Origin: Octopus sinensis
Lineage: Eukaryota
Reading direction: 5' to 3'
DNA: 64,000 bases
NCBI RefSeq assembly: GCF_006345805.1
Contig: NC_042998.1
Span: forward strand, 140,306,001 to 140,370,000
Part shown: positions 1 to 11,957 of the stretch, piece after piece
Layout of the letters: every line of letters begins with the position of its first letter
How positions within the stretch are numbered: the stretch's first letter is position 1
The notes under the pieces: model-generated
Database searches by the model: none
The model's input: the letters and a program-made list of their open reading frames with translations, nothing else
Told to the model about the DNA's origin: nothing
Made by a program: the position numbers and the translations under genes

Positions 1-317
1 CTATAGCCTCGGGCCGACCAAAGCCTTGTGAGTGGATTTAGTAGACGGAAACTGAAAGAAACTCGTCGTATACATGTATATATATATGCGTGTATGTGTG
101 TGTATGTTTGTGTATCTGTGTTTGTCCCCCCAACATCGCTTGACAACCGATGCTTGTGTGTTTACGTCCCCGTAACCTAGCGGTTCGGCAAAAGAGACTG
201 ATAGAATAAGTACTAGGCTTACAAAGAATAAGTCCTGGGGTCGATTTGCTCGACTAAAAGGCGGTGCTCCAGCATGGCCACAGTCAGATGACTGAAACAA
301 GTAAAAGAGTAAAGAGT
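1..317 (+). mobile_element. SINE family A (composite tRNA/CORE-like SINE), cut by window edge
   Basis: Module ctatagcctcgggccgaccaaagccttgtgagtggatt..gacggaaactgaaagaa, TA/TG linker, then the ggcggtgctccagcatggcc..gactgaaacaagtaaaagag tail; recurs more than 10 times in the window. Confidence 0.85.
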
Positions 318-794
318 ATGGATAGTTCTCCGTCGGCTTCGATGGTGAAGATTCCAGTTGTTTGAATTAACTGAAAGACTAAATTCTTTGCTCATTCAGT
401 GAATTTACGTGTAAGCGGTTTAGCATCCCACAGACAGGTGTACTCTCAACGTAATTCTCAGGCTGTAGTTCAACAGATACAGCCTTGTCATATCTTTTGT
501 CTCGTCTCGGTTCTGCCTGCAAACTTCTTTAAACGGTAGACACGTCTCTAGAGTGCTCAGCCACTTATATACGTCAATTCAGAGTCGAGTAATTCAGTCG
601 ATTGAACAACTGAACTGAACTTCGTCAAAACTACAGAGATCCTTCAAGACCACTTCTTACATTTCCATGAAGGTAAAAATATGTATATGTGTAGGAGGAA
701 GGACCTGTTATGTGTGCGGCGTGTATACACACACACACATCGTGTATACACACACACACACACACACCACACACACACACACACACACATATAT

Positions 795-1140
795 AAAGGG
801 GTAAAGACCCCCTTCGGTCATGAATGACCATGGGATTGCACCTAGAAAGTTACCTTCCTAGACACAAGTCTGGGCAAGGTTGTTTATGGAAGACCAGCAG
901 TCGCCCATGCATACCGGCCTCCCCTCTCCACGACACCAGTGTTATCCAAGGGAAAGACAAAGGTCGATACAGCTTGGCACCAGTGACGTCGCAACTCATT
1001 TCTACAGCTGAGTAAACTGGAGCAACGTGAAATAAAGTGCCTTGCTCAAGAACACAACACGCAGCCCGGTCCGGGATTCGAGCTCACAACCTCACGATCG
1101 TAAGCTCGACGCTCTAACCACTGAGCCATGCGCCTTCACC
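795..1140 (-). mobile_element. tRNA-derived SINE family C, full length
   Basis: Reverse strand begins ggtgaaggcgcatggctcagtggttagagcg (A box) ..gagctcgaatccc (B box), then the gttcttgagcaaggcactttatttcacgttgctccag core and a tail ending catgaccgaagggggtctttacccc. Confidence 0.8.
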
Positions 1141-1190
1141 TGAGCCATGCGCCTATATATATATATATAGATAGATAGATAGATAGATAT

Positions 1191-1611
1191 GTTTCTTTAT
1201 TAGCCACACAGGGCTGCACACAGATAGAACAAAAACAAATTACAAGGTAGAGCTTTTCTTTTGAAGGTTAAAAAAAAAAAAAAAAAAGGAAGGGGGAGTT
1301 TCGATCAAAAGGGATCGTAAAAGGAGAGAAAGAGGACAAAAAAAGGGGGTTAAAAAAAAAGGGGAGAGGAAAAAAAATGATCAATAGGGATCGTTATCAC
1401 AGAAATGTCAATATGAAGTGTAAAGGGGAGGACAGGTGAGGTTTACCCGTGGAAAGAAAAGCCTACGGAAAAGACCACGGTAACCTCGGTCAATGGAGTC
1501 ACATGTTATATTTCTTTTTTTTTTTTTTGCGAATAAGCAACTCTCTGTTTTCAATTTCTGGGTTCATAGGATCATGCTCAAGGTGGCTTCGTCATTCATA
1601 CGTGCCATTCT
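1191..1611 (-). mobile_element. 3' end of a non-LTR retrotransposon (possibly L1/Tx1-like) embedded in (GATA)n
   Basis: Minus strand: short ORF end RMARMNDEATLSMIL*, pyrimidine-rich 3' UTR with hairpin gaggtt..ccgtgg/ccacgg..aacctc, aataaa terminus; (GATA)n on both flanks; clade is inference. Confidence 0.45.
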
Positions 1612-1681
<70 letters not shown>

Positions 1682-1734
1682 TACATACATATATATGTAT
1701 GTATATATATTTGTATGCATATATCTATGAGTGC

Positions 1735-1950
1735 GTCTTTGTGTGTGTTTGTCCCCCACCCCCATTACCGCTTGATAATCAGTGTTAGTGTGTTTACGTC
1801 CCCGTAACTTAACCGTTTGGCAAAAAGACCGTTAGAGTAAGAACTAGGTTTAAAATAATAAGTCCTGGAATCGATTTGTTCAACTAAACCCCTCCAAGGC
1901 GGTGCTCCAGCATGGCCGTAGTCAAAAGACTGAAACAAGTAAAAGAGTAA
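1735..1950 (+). mobile_element. SINE family A, 3' half
   Basis: gtgtttacgtccccgtaactta..ggcggtgctccagcatggcc..gactgaaacaagtaaaagag. Confidence 0.8.
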
Positions 1951-2610
1951 GTACTGGGATCAATAGTATCGATTATACTCACCCACTTCTCCTTAAAAAT
2001 TCTTTGTACCTAAATAAGAAGTAATTACCAGCTCCTATCGCTTCACACTGAACCGATCACCCCGACTTCTGTTGATGTCCAATAGTGTCATCGCTTAAAT
2101 ATTAAGTTAAATAAAAACGAAACTTGTTATTTTACAAATGTCGCTAGTGTTTGGATGTGTTTTGCACTATTAACTATAGATATTATATAAAAGAAATTGT
2201 TTTCCAGTACGACTATAAATGTGAATATTTTTTCCATTGCATTTTGTTTTTCTAGTAATAGATTTCCTTGTTCCCATAATTTGTGTTTATATTTCATGTT
2301 TTCTTTTCTATTACCCACGCAATGGTTTAATCTTTCGTTATAACACATTCACCCAGCATAATATAAAAACAACCAGCGTTTTGAGAAAATAAAATGTAAC
2401 AATTTTAAATTTTGCTAAAGAAAAGTTTGGTAAAAAAATATTTTAAACATAACTAGTTTCGCTATTTTCCTGAGATATATCACCAGACAATCCAATAAAC
2501 ATTTAAAAAACTGAATAGAAGTCTACTGGAGTTTGCTCGAAGCATTATAATGCATAAATGATATAAATATTTTTAAGAAGACCTTTGAGCAAACAGGCGA
2601 GAATTTTGGT

Positions 2611-2967
2611 AAAATATGTCAGATGGTGCTAATAAATAAAGACAAGATATTGTATCACTCTACGTAGGTTGTTTAATATAGCTATTATATTTCGGGGAAG
2701 ATTCTCTTTATTACACATGAGACAGATAATAATCAAGAGTTCCGAGAGAAAGTGTTATCGGTAGGCCATTCTGTTGTGAATAGAGTGTGAACAAAAGTTA
2801 AACAAAATATGTAAGGTGATGCCAATAAATAATGACGAAAACAAGTTTGTTTAATGCTTCTATAATATTTCGGGAAATCTTCTCTTTATCAAATAGAATA
2901 TAGGAAATAATCCAAGATTTCAGAGAAAACGTGTTATTAACAACAGGGCATTTTGGTGGGAATAGAG
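2611..2967. repeat. Diverged tandem duplication, period about 193 bp
   Basis: aaaatatgt..tgc[t/c]aataaataa..ttgtttaat..atatttcggg..ttctctttat..gtgttat..gaatagag occurs at 2611-2785 and 2804-2967. Confidence 0.6.
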
Positions 2968-3636
2968 AATAAAGTACCGGCAGTTGTTGGCTAGAGTTAA
3001 ATGACGGTATTGGTGAACAAAAATTGTGGTGGATCTCAGTCGATCGACGATGAGGATTCTATCGTCCGAACAATTTCTCCTGAATTAATGTATAAATGAT
3101 TCAGTATTCCACAGACATATGCACCCCTAATCAGCGTGACACGATAGGTGAAAAGTCTTACTTTTTGAATTACGAGTATAATTCAACCAACAGGCTTCTG
3201 TACAGTTTTCGTCTCCCCAGTTTCACTCACAAGCTATAGGTCAACCCAAAGATATAGTAAATGAAACTCGCCTCATATTCCATGAGGTGGGATCAAGTAG
3301 GGGATCTCGTAGTTGCAAAGCTAATGCCTTAACTATTTGCCCACACTATAACGTCTACGAGCTAAATTATGAATAGTTAAATAAATATTAAAAAAAATTG
3401 ACTTGTTTCTATATTTGATGAATATTCAAAATATACTAAAGACTGTTTTGTAAACTTTTTACACTTGTTCTTCGGGAGCAGGTTCTTTATCAAGCAGGTA
3501 GTGTCAAAATGGGGAGTGGATAGTTCTAAGCTCACAAGTAGAAAGGCAGAGGCCAAAAAAGAGCTCAGTGCTTAGAGAGGCGGTATTGTTGCTTAGAAAT
3601 AAAGCATCTAAACAAGTAGAACACTCAATACTCATG

Positions 3637-3709
<73 letters not shown>

Positions 3710-3869
3710 CGTGTGTGTACATACACACACACACACATATATATATAAATATATACATAGTATGAAGATAGTGTTGTAATCCTAGTTGTGTCCTCTTGAA
3801 GCACATCTACTTATTCCAGTACTCTAAAGTCGTATGTAAATGTTATATTTGAGTGAGGTATGGTAAGAC

Positions 3870-4135
3870 TTGAGAATTCTGGAAAATAATTTTTGTAGAC
3901 CAATTACATATCAAAAGAGGAGATTTGAAAAAAATGTTTGGCATTATCTATTCACCATTACGTATATTTCATTTCTAATAGGAATGACAAATTGTACATG
4001 TCGGAAAACATCTAACACATCTCCTATTAGACATTCTTCAGGCAAAGAATCAAATAACACTGTAATATTATTTGAATCTCTGTCTAACGAATTTCTTATA
4101 GATGTTTTTCCTACATGTTTCTCCTGCATGTAACA
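3870..4135 (-). mobile_element. Possible CR1-like LINE 3' relic
   Basis: Minus translation ITVLFDSLPEECLIGDVLDVFRH resembles the LFNSLP..L..FK motif at CR1-group ORF2 C-termini. Confidence 0.3.
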
Positions 4136-4287
4136 CCTATTAGCAAATGAAACATGTGTAATGGCCAATAAATGATACGAACATTTTTTTTCAATCACCT
4201 GTTTTGATATATACAAATAAACACACACACAGAAATACACACACACAGAAATACACACACACACGCACACACAGAAATACATACACA

Positions 4288-5319
4288 AATGATTGCTTTA
4301 TACTTTGGAACGATAGCATGGACAAACTCCTCGATTTCAAAATAATGCTCAACAATATCAATAGCAACATACAATTCACCATGGAACAAAGCAATAAACA
4401 ACTTCCTTTTCTTGACATCCTAATTAAAATAGTCAATAACTACATCGAAACGAACATCTTCTATAAACCCACAGATTCAAAACAACACATATTATTGAAC
4501 TCATGCCGCTACAAACACATAAAAATTAATATACTTTATAATCTAGCGAAAAGAATCTGAACCATAGTTTCGGATACCAGTACTCGCGAACGAAGACTCC
4601 TTGAACTTAAATCAACACTAATTAATAAATGATAGGATTAAACGAGCGAAGGAAATAGACATACAAACATTGAGGGAAGTTAACCGAAATACTACACCAG
4701 ATCTAAAAATACTCCCTTACATCTCCACATACAAGCATAGAAACAATGAGGCCTTCAACATCATCATCCAAAATCTACCTATTCTCACTGGAGATAAAAC
4801 AATGAACAAAATTTTAAGCACACACAAAATTATCAAGAGCAAAATGCAACCGAAATCATTGAAAAAATGTGAACCAGCACAAGACTATATCCATTAACAA
4901 CAGAACCAAAAGTGAAAAAATACAGGCGGCCTAACTGTGGCACATGCCTCCACCTTTTGGAGGGTACCGAGTTTCACTTTAAACAAGGTGAAATATTTAA
5001 GATAAAATCAAATTTCACCTGTGCCTCTGAAAACTTAATCTATGCTATTACTTACTTAGAGTGCGGAAGTCACTATATAGGCCAAACAGGACTGTCACTC
5101 CGACGAAGAACAACTCGTCACAAAGAACAAATCCGCTACCCACAATACAGACAGATACAGGTCAATGAGCACATAGAAAGATGTGCTAGGAACCTTAAAC
5201 CGAACTTCCTAATATTCCCTTTTTATCAATGTCCACAGAACACCTCAGTACAGAAAAGATTAAATAAAGAGGCAACTTTCATTACACCATTCATATTCCA
5301 GTATTTATATCCACCTTAA
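4288..5319 (+). mobile_element. Penelope-like element, 5'-truncated: RT C-terminus plus GIY-YIG endonuclease (pseudogenised)
   Basis: NDCFILW..LNNINSNIQFTME..LPFLDI..YKPTDS (PLE RT thumb), then CGTC linker and NLIYAITYLECGSHYIGQT..R..H..E (GIY-YIG); stops and frameshifts between segments. Confidence 0.92.
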
Positions 5320-5600
5320 TTGCATCACTTCCAGAATTGTTTACCTCCCTTGCATGTAATCTTTTCATTCGGGTACTATTAGATCCAATATCGTTTGGAA
5401 ATCGGTATTCATTCAAAGTCAGTAATCAGCTCTGACGATACTGGTATGACTTTGAGTATCTATAATGATTCATAATAAAGATTTATATACTTCATAATTC
5501 CACCTCAAATAATCTAATTGTATGTATATATCTTTGCTTTTCTTTAAAAAAACCTTTATTTTTATATCTAATGTGCATTTTCAGTTTTCTTTACTTCCCC

Positions 5601-5672
<72 letters not shown>

Positions 5673-5832
5673 TATTATATATATTAGTAAATATTTATGT
5701 ATATGTATACATATGTTGCGAGTATGTGTGTGTGAATATGCATGTAATATAATAATATATATATATATATATATACGTCACATTTTCTGGGCTTCTTATA
5801 ACTGTTAAATGTCTATTTGATGAGCACTGTTG

Positions 5833-5937
5833 TTTATATCCTCCCCGATGAGAGTGATGCATTGCTGACCATTATTCATCTTGGATGTATTTTGAATGCA
5901 TCCATCGAAACATATGTCGATGACATGAAGATATAAA
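5833..5937 (+). ncRNA. Degenerate type I hammerhead ribozyme motif
   Basis: CCGATGA (U4C) 5845-51; stem II GATGCATT/AATGCATC; GAAAC-ATAT-GTC 5907-18; distal stem I tttatatc/gatataaa. Confidence 0.55.
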
Positions 5938-6002
5938 TGATTTAATAACATCTTGAGCGCTTGTCCTCTATTTCAATTTTTCCTATACATACATACATAC
6001 CT

Positions 6003-6039
<37 letters not shown>

Positions 6040-6104
6040 TATCGCAATGGACTCCGTGTGGGCAGTCATCTAATAGTTTTTGTTCATCTTGATGCTGACA
6101 TAAG

Positions 6105-6203
6105 TTCCTTGTTTTTCCTGGTGATAAGGCGGCATAATGCACCCCTTATTCCTTCGAAATTAGGAATATGCAGCCTTCGAAACATATGTCGAGAATAAAG
6201 GAA
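6105..6203 (+). ncRNA. Type I hammerhead ribozyme motif, mutated core
   Basis: ttccttgtttttc-CTGGTGA-taaggc..gccttc-GAAAC-ATAT-GTC-gagaataaaggaa; near-identical to the intact copy at 15283. Confidence 0.7.
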
Positions 6204-6321
6204 TTTTGTTAAATCGTCCTTCAACTCCATTCTTTCATTTATTTATATATATATATGTATGTATGTATGCATATGTATATTCTAGATAAGTGATAGGGAA
6301 GACAGAATGTACTGACAGCTC

Positions 6322-6443
6322 TATTTAGCACGACAATCGTTTCAGTTTAGATCAGCACTGCACCCTACTGGGTGGGGAAACAGTATGATGGAATAAAATA
6401 CACCCCCACAGTGCAGAAGAAACCTCATCAGATTACATAATAC
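6322..6443 (-). ncRNA. Type I hammerhead ribozyme motif, antisense
   Basis: Reverse strand CTGATGA (6431-6425), stem II GGTTT/AAACT enclosing CTGCAC/GTGCAG, GAAAC-GATT-GTC (6343-6332); stem I weak. Confidence 0.55.
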
Positions 6444-6719
6444 GTTACAGTGTTATAATATATACATTTCGGCACATATACATATGTATGTATATACGTA
6501 TGTATGTATGAATATGTATTTCTGCGCCGGTGCGTGTGTCAGTAATGGCCGTCAGTATGCTTTCGCCAATTGTTTTAGTTGTTCATCAAATCTCGAACAG
6601 ATATAGGCATTCTCTCGTCCTCCTCGCCCTTGAACCAAGCCTTCTCCAGATCAGTTTCTATTAGAAAGAAAGAATGGGTTAAACAAACTGAAAAATCAAC
6701 TCTAATAGAAGACTGATAA

Positions 6720-7210
<491 letters not shown>

Positions 7211-7275
7211 CTGTAAATGTAATATGTGACAATTATTCGGTACCCATGATAAAACTCAGAGTTTAGAGACTAATT

Positions 7276-8213
7276 TAGAGACGAACCACCATTCCACGAC
7301 CCAGTCAATGAAGAACCCGTCCAAAGCCATTCTGTGAGACATATAACATACACAATACTAATCTAAAATTTAAATAATATATAATATTGAACAGTAACAT
7401 TATTACAATCATATAATATATAAGAGCAAATACTTTTAAAATCACAGCGAATATCATACAAAAAAAACATTCATCATAAAAATATTAGTCTAAAATCAAA
7501 TAAAGTATAAATTGAACAGTAAAAATAATACAATAATATAATGTATAAAAGTAAGTACATGTACATTGACTACGCGCGTTTCATGGTTGCATTAGGACTA
7601 TATAAAATCATATAATTCATTATGGAGAATTAATCATGTTCACAATAATACTCTATTTGAATATTTTAGTTCGTAACATTTAATAATATTAATGTCCTTA
7701 ACTTAGGGATTATATTACAGGTTTTATTTCTTTATATATATTTTTTTATTCCTTATCATATTATGAGGTAAGTTAAACTTATAGTTTTTAAGTTTTTTAA
7801 GGAATTTGACATGAGGAGTGACTGTTTTGGGGAGTAAAACCATTTTCCCGTTCTAATGAACTTGGAGATGGTTGGCTTATATGATTTTATATAGTCCTAA
7901 TGCAGCCATGAAACGCGCGTAGTCGATGTACAAGTACTTACTTTTATACATTATATTATTGTATTATTTTTACTGTTCAATTTATACTTTATTTGATTTT
8001 AGATTAATATTTTTATGATGAATGTTTCTTTGTATGGTATTCGCTATGATTTCAAAGTATTTGCTCTTATATAATACGATTGTAATAATGTTACTGTTCA
8101 ATATATAGTATTTATTTAGATTATTTAGATTAGTATTTTGTAGGTATATGTCTCACAGAAATGGCTTTGGACGGGTTCTTCATTGAGAGTTGTGGAATGG
8201 TGGTTCGTCTCTA
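7276..8213. mobile_element. Non-autonomous foldback DNA element with about 340-bp terminal inverted repeats
   Basis: Arms 7276-7615 and 7877-8213 are reverse complements (tagagacgaaccacc../..ggtggttcgtctcta); AATT on both flanks as possible TSD. Confidence 0.8.
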
Positions 8214-8387
8214 AATTATTTTATACATATATATATATTATATTACGAAATTCAGTCTAATATTATTATACTGAAATTTACCTGTAAGGTTATAATGATT
8301 AATTTCTTCCCTGTTATTATTATATATTATTATTTATTATTATTATTTTATATTATTATTGTATTATTATTATAATAATAATAATAA

Positions 8388-8436
<49 letters not shown>

Positions 8437-8499
8437 TATATATATTGTTATATTTCGGAATGGTCATAAAAAATCTTGCACAACAAATATTTAAACGTA

Positions 8500-8532
<33 letters not shown>

Positions 8533-8534
<2 letters not shown>

Positions 8535-8648
8535 GCGCAAGTGTCGATGTGCGGTAAGAAGTTGAGTCTCATTTCGTGATACCTTGGCTCGTCCAGAACC
8601 TTGTGAGTCGATTTGTTAGACGGAAACCGAAATAAGCCCGCCGTATAC
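8533..8648 (+). mobile_element. SINE family A, diverged 5' half
   Basis: ggcgcaagtgtcgatgtgcggtaag..ccttgtgagtcgatttgttagacggaaaccgaaataagcccgccgta. Confidence 0.6.
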
Positions 8649-8719
8649 ACAAACAAACATGTATGTATGTATGTATGTATGTATGTATGTATGGTATGTA
8701 TGTATGTATGTATGTATGT

Positions 8720-11518
8720 GCCACTGGCAGCTGGTAACATGGAATCCAGTGCAATCTGTTCCATGGTCGTGTTGTCGGCGACTAAACTGGCATCCTCACC
8801 AGGCTACCCTGGTGAGGAGGGTTGCTAGAAATCCAGCCGGATTAAAAACAAGACCCGTTGAAAGGTCGAATGAACCTAGTGCAGGCTCGATGGCTATCTA
8901 GCAATAGCACGGGTATGCAGAAATTCCGGGATGGTGTCCGGTGTGCAAGAAGACCATTGGGCATGAGGCACCCCTCAGCCTCTGTTGAAGCATGTCTCTA
9001 GGAAAGGGTCACTCTGATATAAAACCGGATATGCAGGGAATGGAATTGGACATTTTGGGGATCTTTGGTTTGTGCTAGAGATCATGGTGCTCCTATATCC
9101 CGTGCCTGCGACCCATATTGGCATCAGTCATCACCCGACTTGTCTCTGAATAACGTCAATAGAGTGGAAAGAGTCAATGAGGTGTCGTGCAAGCCTTATT
9201 GGACCTAAAACACTGCACAGTCTTTGCTGACCTCTGCTCGATATGTGCTGCTTCCCCACTCCATATATATTTATTTCATTTTCAATATATACGTATTTTT
9301 ATTTTTGGTATATATTTATTTTATTTTTATTCGGAAGTCTTGCGGCGATGGGAAGGTGGCGAAGCATGCAGTCCTGTCGGGTTGGAAGCATGTAGTCAGC
9401 AACGTGCACGCAGGTGGCCCTTGATAGATATAAAGTCGTCTCTTTGTCACCCAAGACAGCGATAGGATTCGGTTGCTGCGTGGGTGTCTGAGCAGCTCCA
9501 TTTGGAGAGGGCACTGCTCACCCGGAGGTCGGGAAGGTTCTAGAAAAGGTGAACCAAAAATTGTTTGTCTTTCTACATCTGGTCAGATTAACGCGACTGA
9601 CGAATGTCCGCCCTGAGCTCGAAAAACAGAGAGACTTTTTTTTTTTCAAAATCTGGATGGAACTTGAACATTTCATGTTGGAATGTGCGCACTCTGTTGG
9701 ATAACTGTTGTTGCTTGCGTGATGAACCGCTATAACATTGATATAGCTACACTTTCACAGACTCGAATAGAAGGTGATGGTCAGCTTGAGGAAGTAGGAG
9801 GTGGATACATTTTTTGGAGGGTAGGGAAGGCTGAAGGGAGAGCGCAGAGAGGTTGGTGTTGGCTTTGTAGTTCGATCTGATATCCTTAAGAAGTTGGAGG
9901 AACTTCCTGTTCCTCACTCTATGCTTGCACCTGAAAGGTGGGCGGTTTGCTACGCTAATAAGTGCCTATGCACCTACTTTGACTAGATGTAATGAAGATA
10001 AAACTATTTTTTATACCCAGCTGAGAGCCATACTTAGGAAAATCCCCAATTCTGATAAAGTCATTCTACTAGGGGATTTCAGTGCCAGGGTTGGAACAGA
10101 CTGGCAAACATGGAACTCTCTAGGACGTCTTGGCGTATGGAAAATGAATAGCAATGGTCTCATGCTGCTGGAGCTTTGCGATGAACATGGACTCATCGCA
10201 AGCACTCATTTTATGCATAAAGGTGGTCACACAACAACGTGGATGTATCCAAGGTCTAAAGTTTGGCACTTTCTGGATTATATCATTACCCACAAGCGTG
10301 ACATCTATGACATTTGTAATATCAAGTCCTTTCATGGATCGGAATGCTGGACAGGCCAGTCTGGTGCGATCAAAGTTCCAGATAATGATTAAAGTGAAAG
10401 GGAGAGGAGGGCCAGTTGGCATTCCTCGGCGTCTGAATGTCCACAAGATACATGATGCTGTATTGAGTAAAGAGCTTCAGGCTCGCTTGTCCAGCATTGA
10501 AAATACTACAGTATGGGAAGAAACACTGGGATATGCTACTGCCAGACACAGAAACTGGTTTGATGAAGATGATGCTGAAGTTCAGCGACTATTGTTTGCA
10601 AAGCGCCATGCCCACAATATATTTCTGCACAGAGGACTTTCAGCTGTGCTACGAAACCTAGCCCTCTATAGCAGCGTAAAATCACTACTGCAGCGATTTA
10701 TCCGGAAGATGCAGAACACTTGGTGGGAGGATCTTGTTCGTGATGTTCAGGCTGCTGCTGATGCAAATGACAGCAAGAAGCTTTACCATCTTATAAAGCT
10801 GGTTTATGAGCCTAAGAGCTCGGCATCAGCTCCTTTGCTTTCCAAGGAGTTTTCTACTCTATTTACTTAAACAACAGAAATTACAGGTCGCTGAATTGAA
10901 CACTTCTCTGAACTCCTGAACCATGAGTCAGTTGTGGATGAAACAGTAATTGATACAAAGCAACAATGACCTATCATTGGCTCCTAAAATTCCGCAGTCT
11001 CCGTAGAGGAGTTAATGACAGCTATAAGTAAACTGAATCTTGGTAGGGCACCTGGAAGGGATGGAATTTGTGCTGAGGTCTTGTTGGTGATTACATCATA
11101 CAGTCCCTTCATGAACTCATTAGTGTAGTCTAGAGGGATGGTGCAATGTCTAAGGACTGGAAGGATGCAATTATTCTTCCTCTCTAAAAAGGAAAAGAGC
11201 CAGAATAATGTGTGGTAACTACAAACGTATTGCCCTACTATCAGCTGCTGGTAAGGTTCTGGCAAATATTCTTCTTACCCACCTGAATGGGTGTCTCGTA
11301 AATGATGTCTTTCTGAACCTCAATGTGGCTTCCGATCTGGTTGAGGGACAATGTATATGATTTTCACAGCAAGACAGATACAGGAGAAGTGCTAATGGCA
11401 GAATATGGATCTTCTCCAGGTATTCATTGATCTAACCCAGGCCTTTGATACTGTGAATAGAGCCTTGCTATAGAAAATACTTGGCAAACTTGGATGTCCG
11501 GATCACTTTGTATCCTCG
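8720..11518 (+). mobile_element. RTE-clade LINE: 5' UTR, APE endonuclease and N-terminal half of RT; 3'-truncated
   Basis: WNVRTLLD, RYNIDIATLSQTR, ISAYAPT, LLGDFSARVG, DYII (APE); GRAPGRDGI, QCGFRSGRGT-like segment, FIDLTQAFDTV (RT, about 11423-55); many stops and frameshifts. Confidence 0.93.
8738..8790 (+). ncRNA. Candidate HDV-like ribozyme at the RTE 5' end
   Basis: CATGGA/TCCATG (P1), CCAGT/ACTGG (P2), GG then TCG..CGA (P4), CTAA (J4/2); P3/L3 short and ambiguous. Confidence 0.4.
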
Positions 11519-11558
11519 AAAGTCAATGGCTGAAATAGCTAAAAGATATAAATGAATA

Positions 11559-11875
11559 CAGTGGAACTTCACTTTACGAATTCAGTTCGTTCTTGAAAGC
11601 CGTTCGTAACCCGAAATGTTCGTTAACCGAAACTATTTTTTCCCATAGGAGATTCAAGAGACGACACGACCGATTCGATCATGGACGTGCTTTGAGCAAA
11701 AGGTAGAAGACAACAAATGCTCTCCCGCTGATACTCTCAGCTTGTAGCCAACCGTTGGTGATGGGTTGCGTGTGCGTCACTAGAGACACTGTTCATTATC
11801 CGACACGTTTTATGTTCGTAAACCGATTTGTTCGTGATGAGTGATGAGAGGCGTCTGTAAACCGAGCTTCCATTG
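11559..11875. mobile_element. pogo/Tigger-like MITE
   Basis: ta-CAGTGGAACTTCACTTTACGAA left end with imperfect inverted right end gtaaaccgagcttccattg. Confidence 0.55.
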
Positions 11876-11957
11876 TGTATATGTGTATTTATGTGAGTGA
11901 GTGTGTGTTTGTATATATATATATATATATGCACAAACGCACACACACACACACACA

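Noticed and set aside
5432-5470. CTGACGA followed by a short atac/gtat helix downstream of the Penelope ORF
   Set aside because: No GAAA or stem III follows; not supportable as a hammerhead
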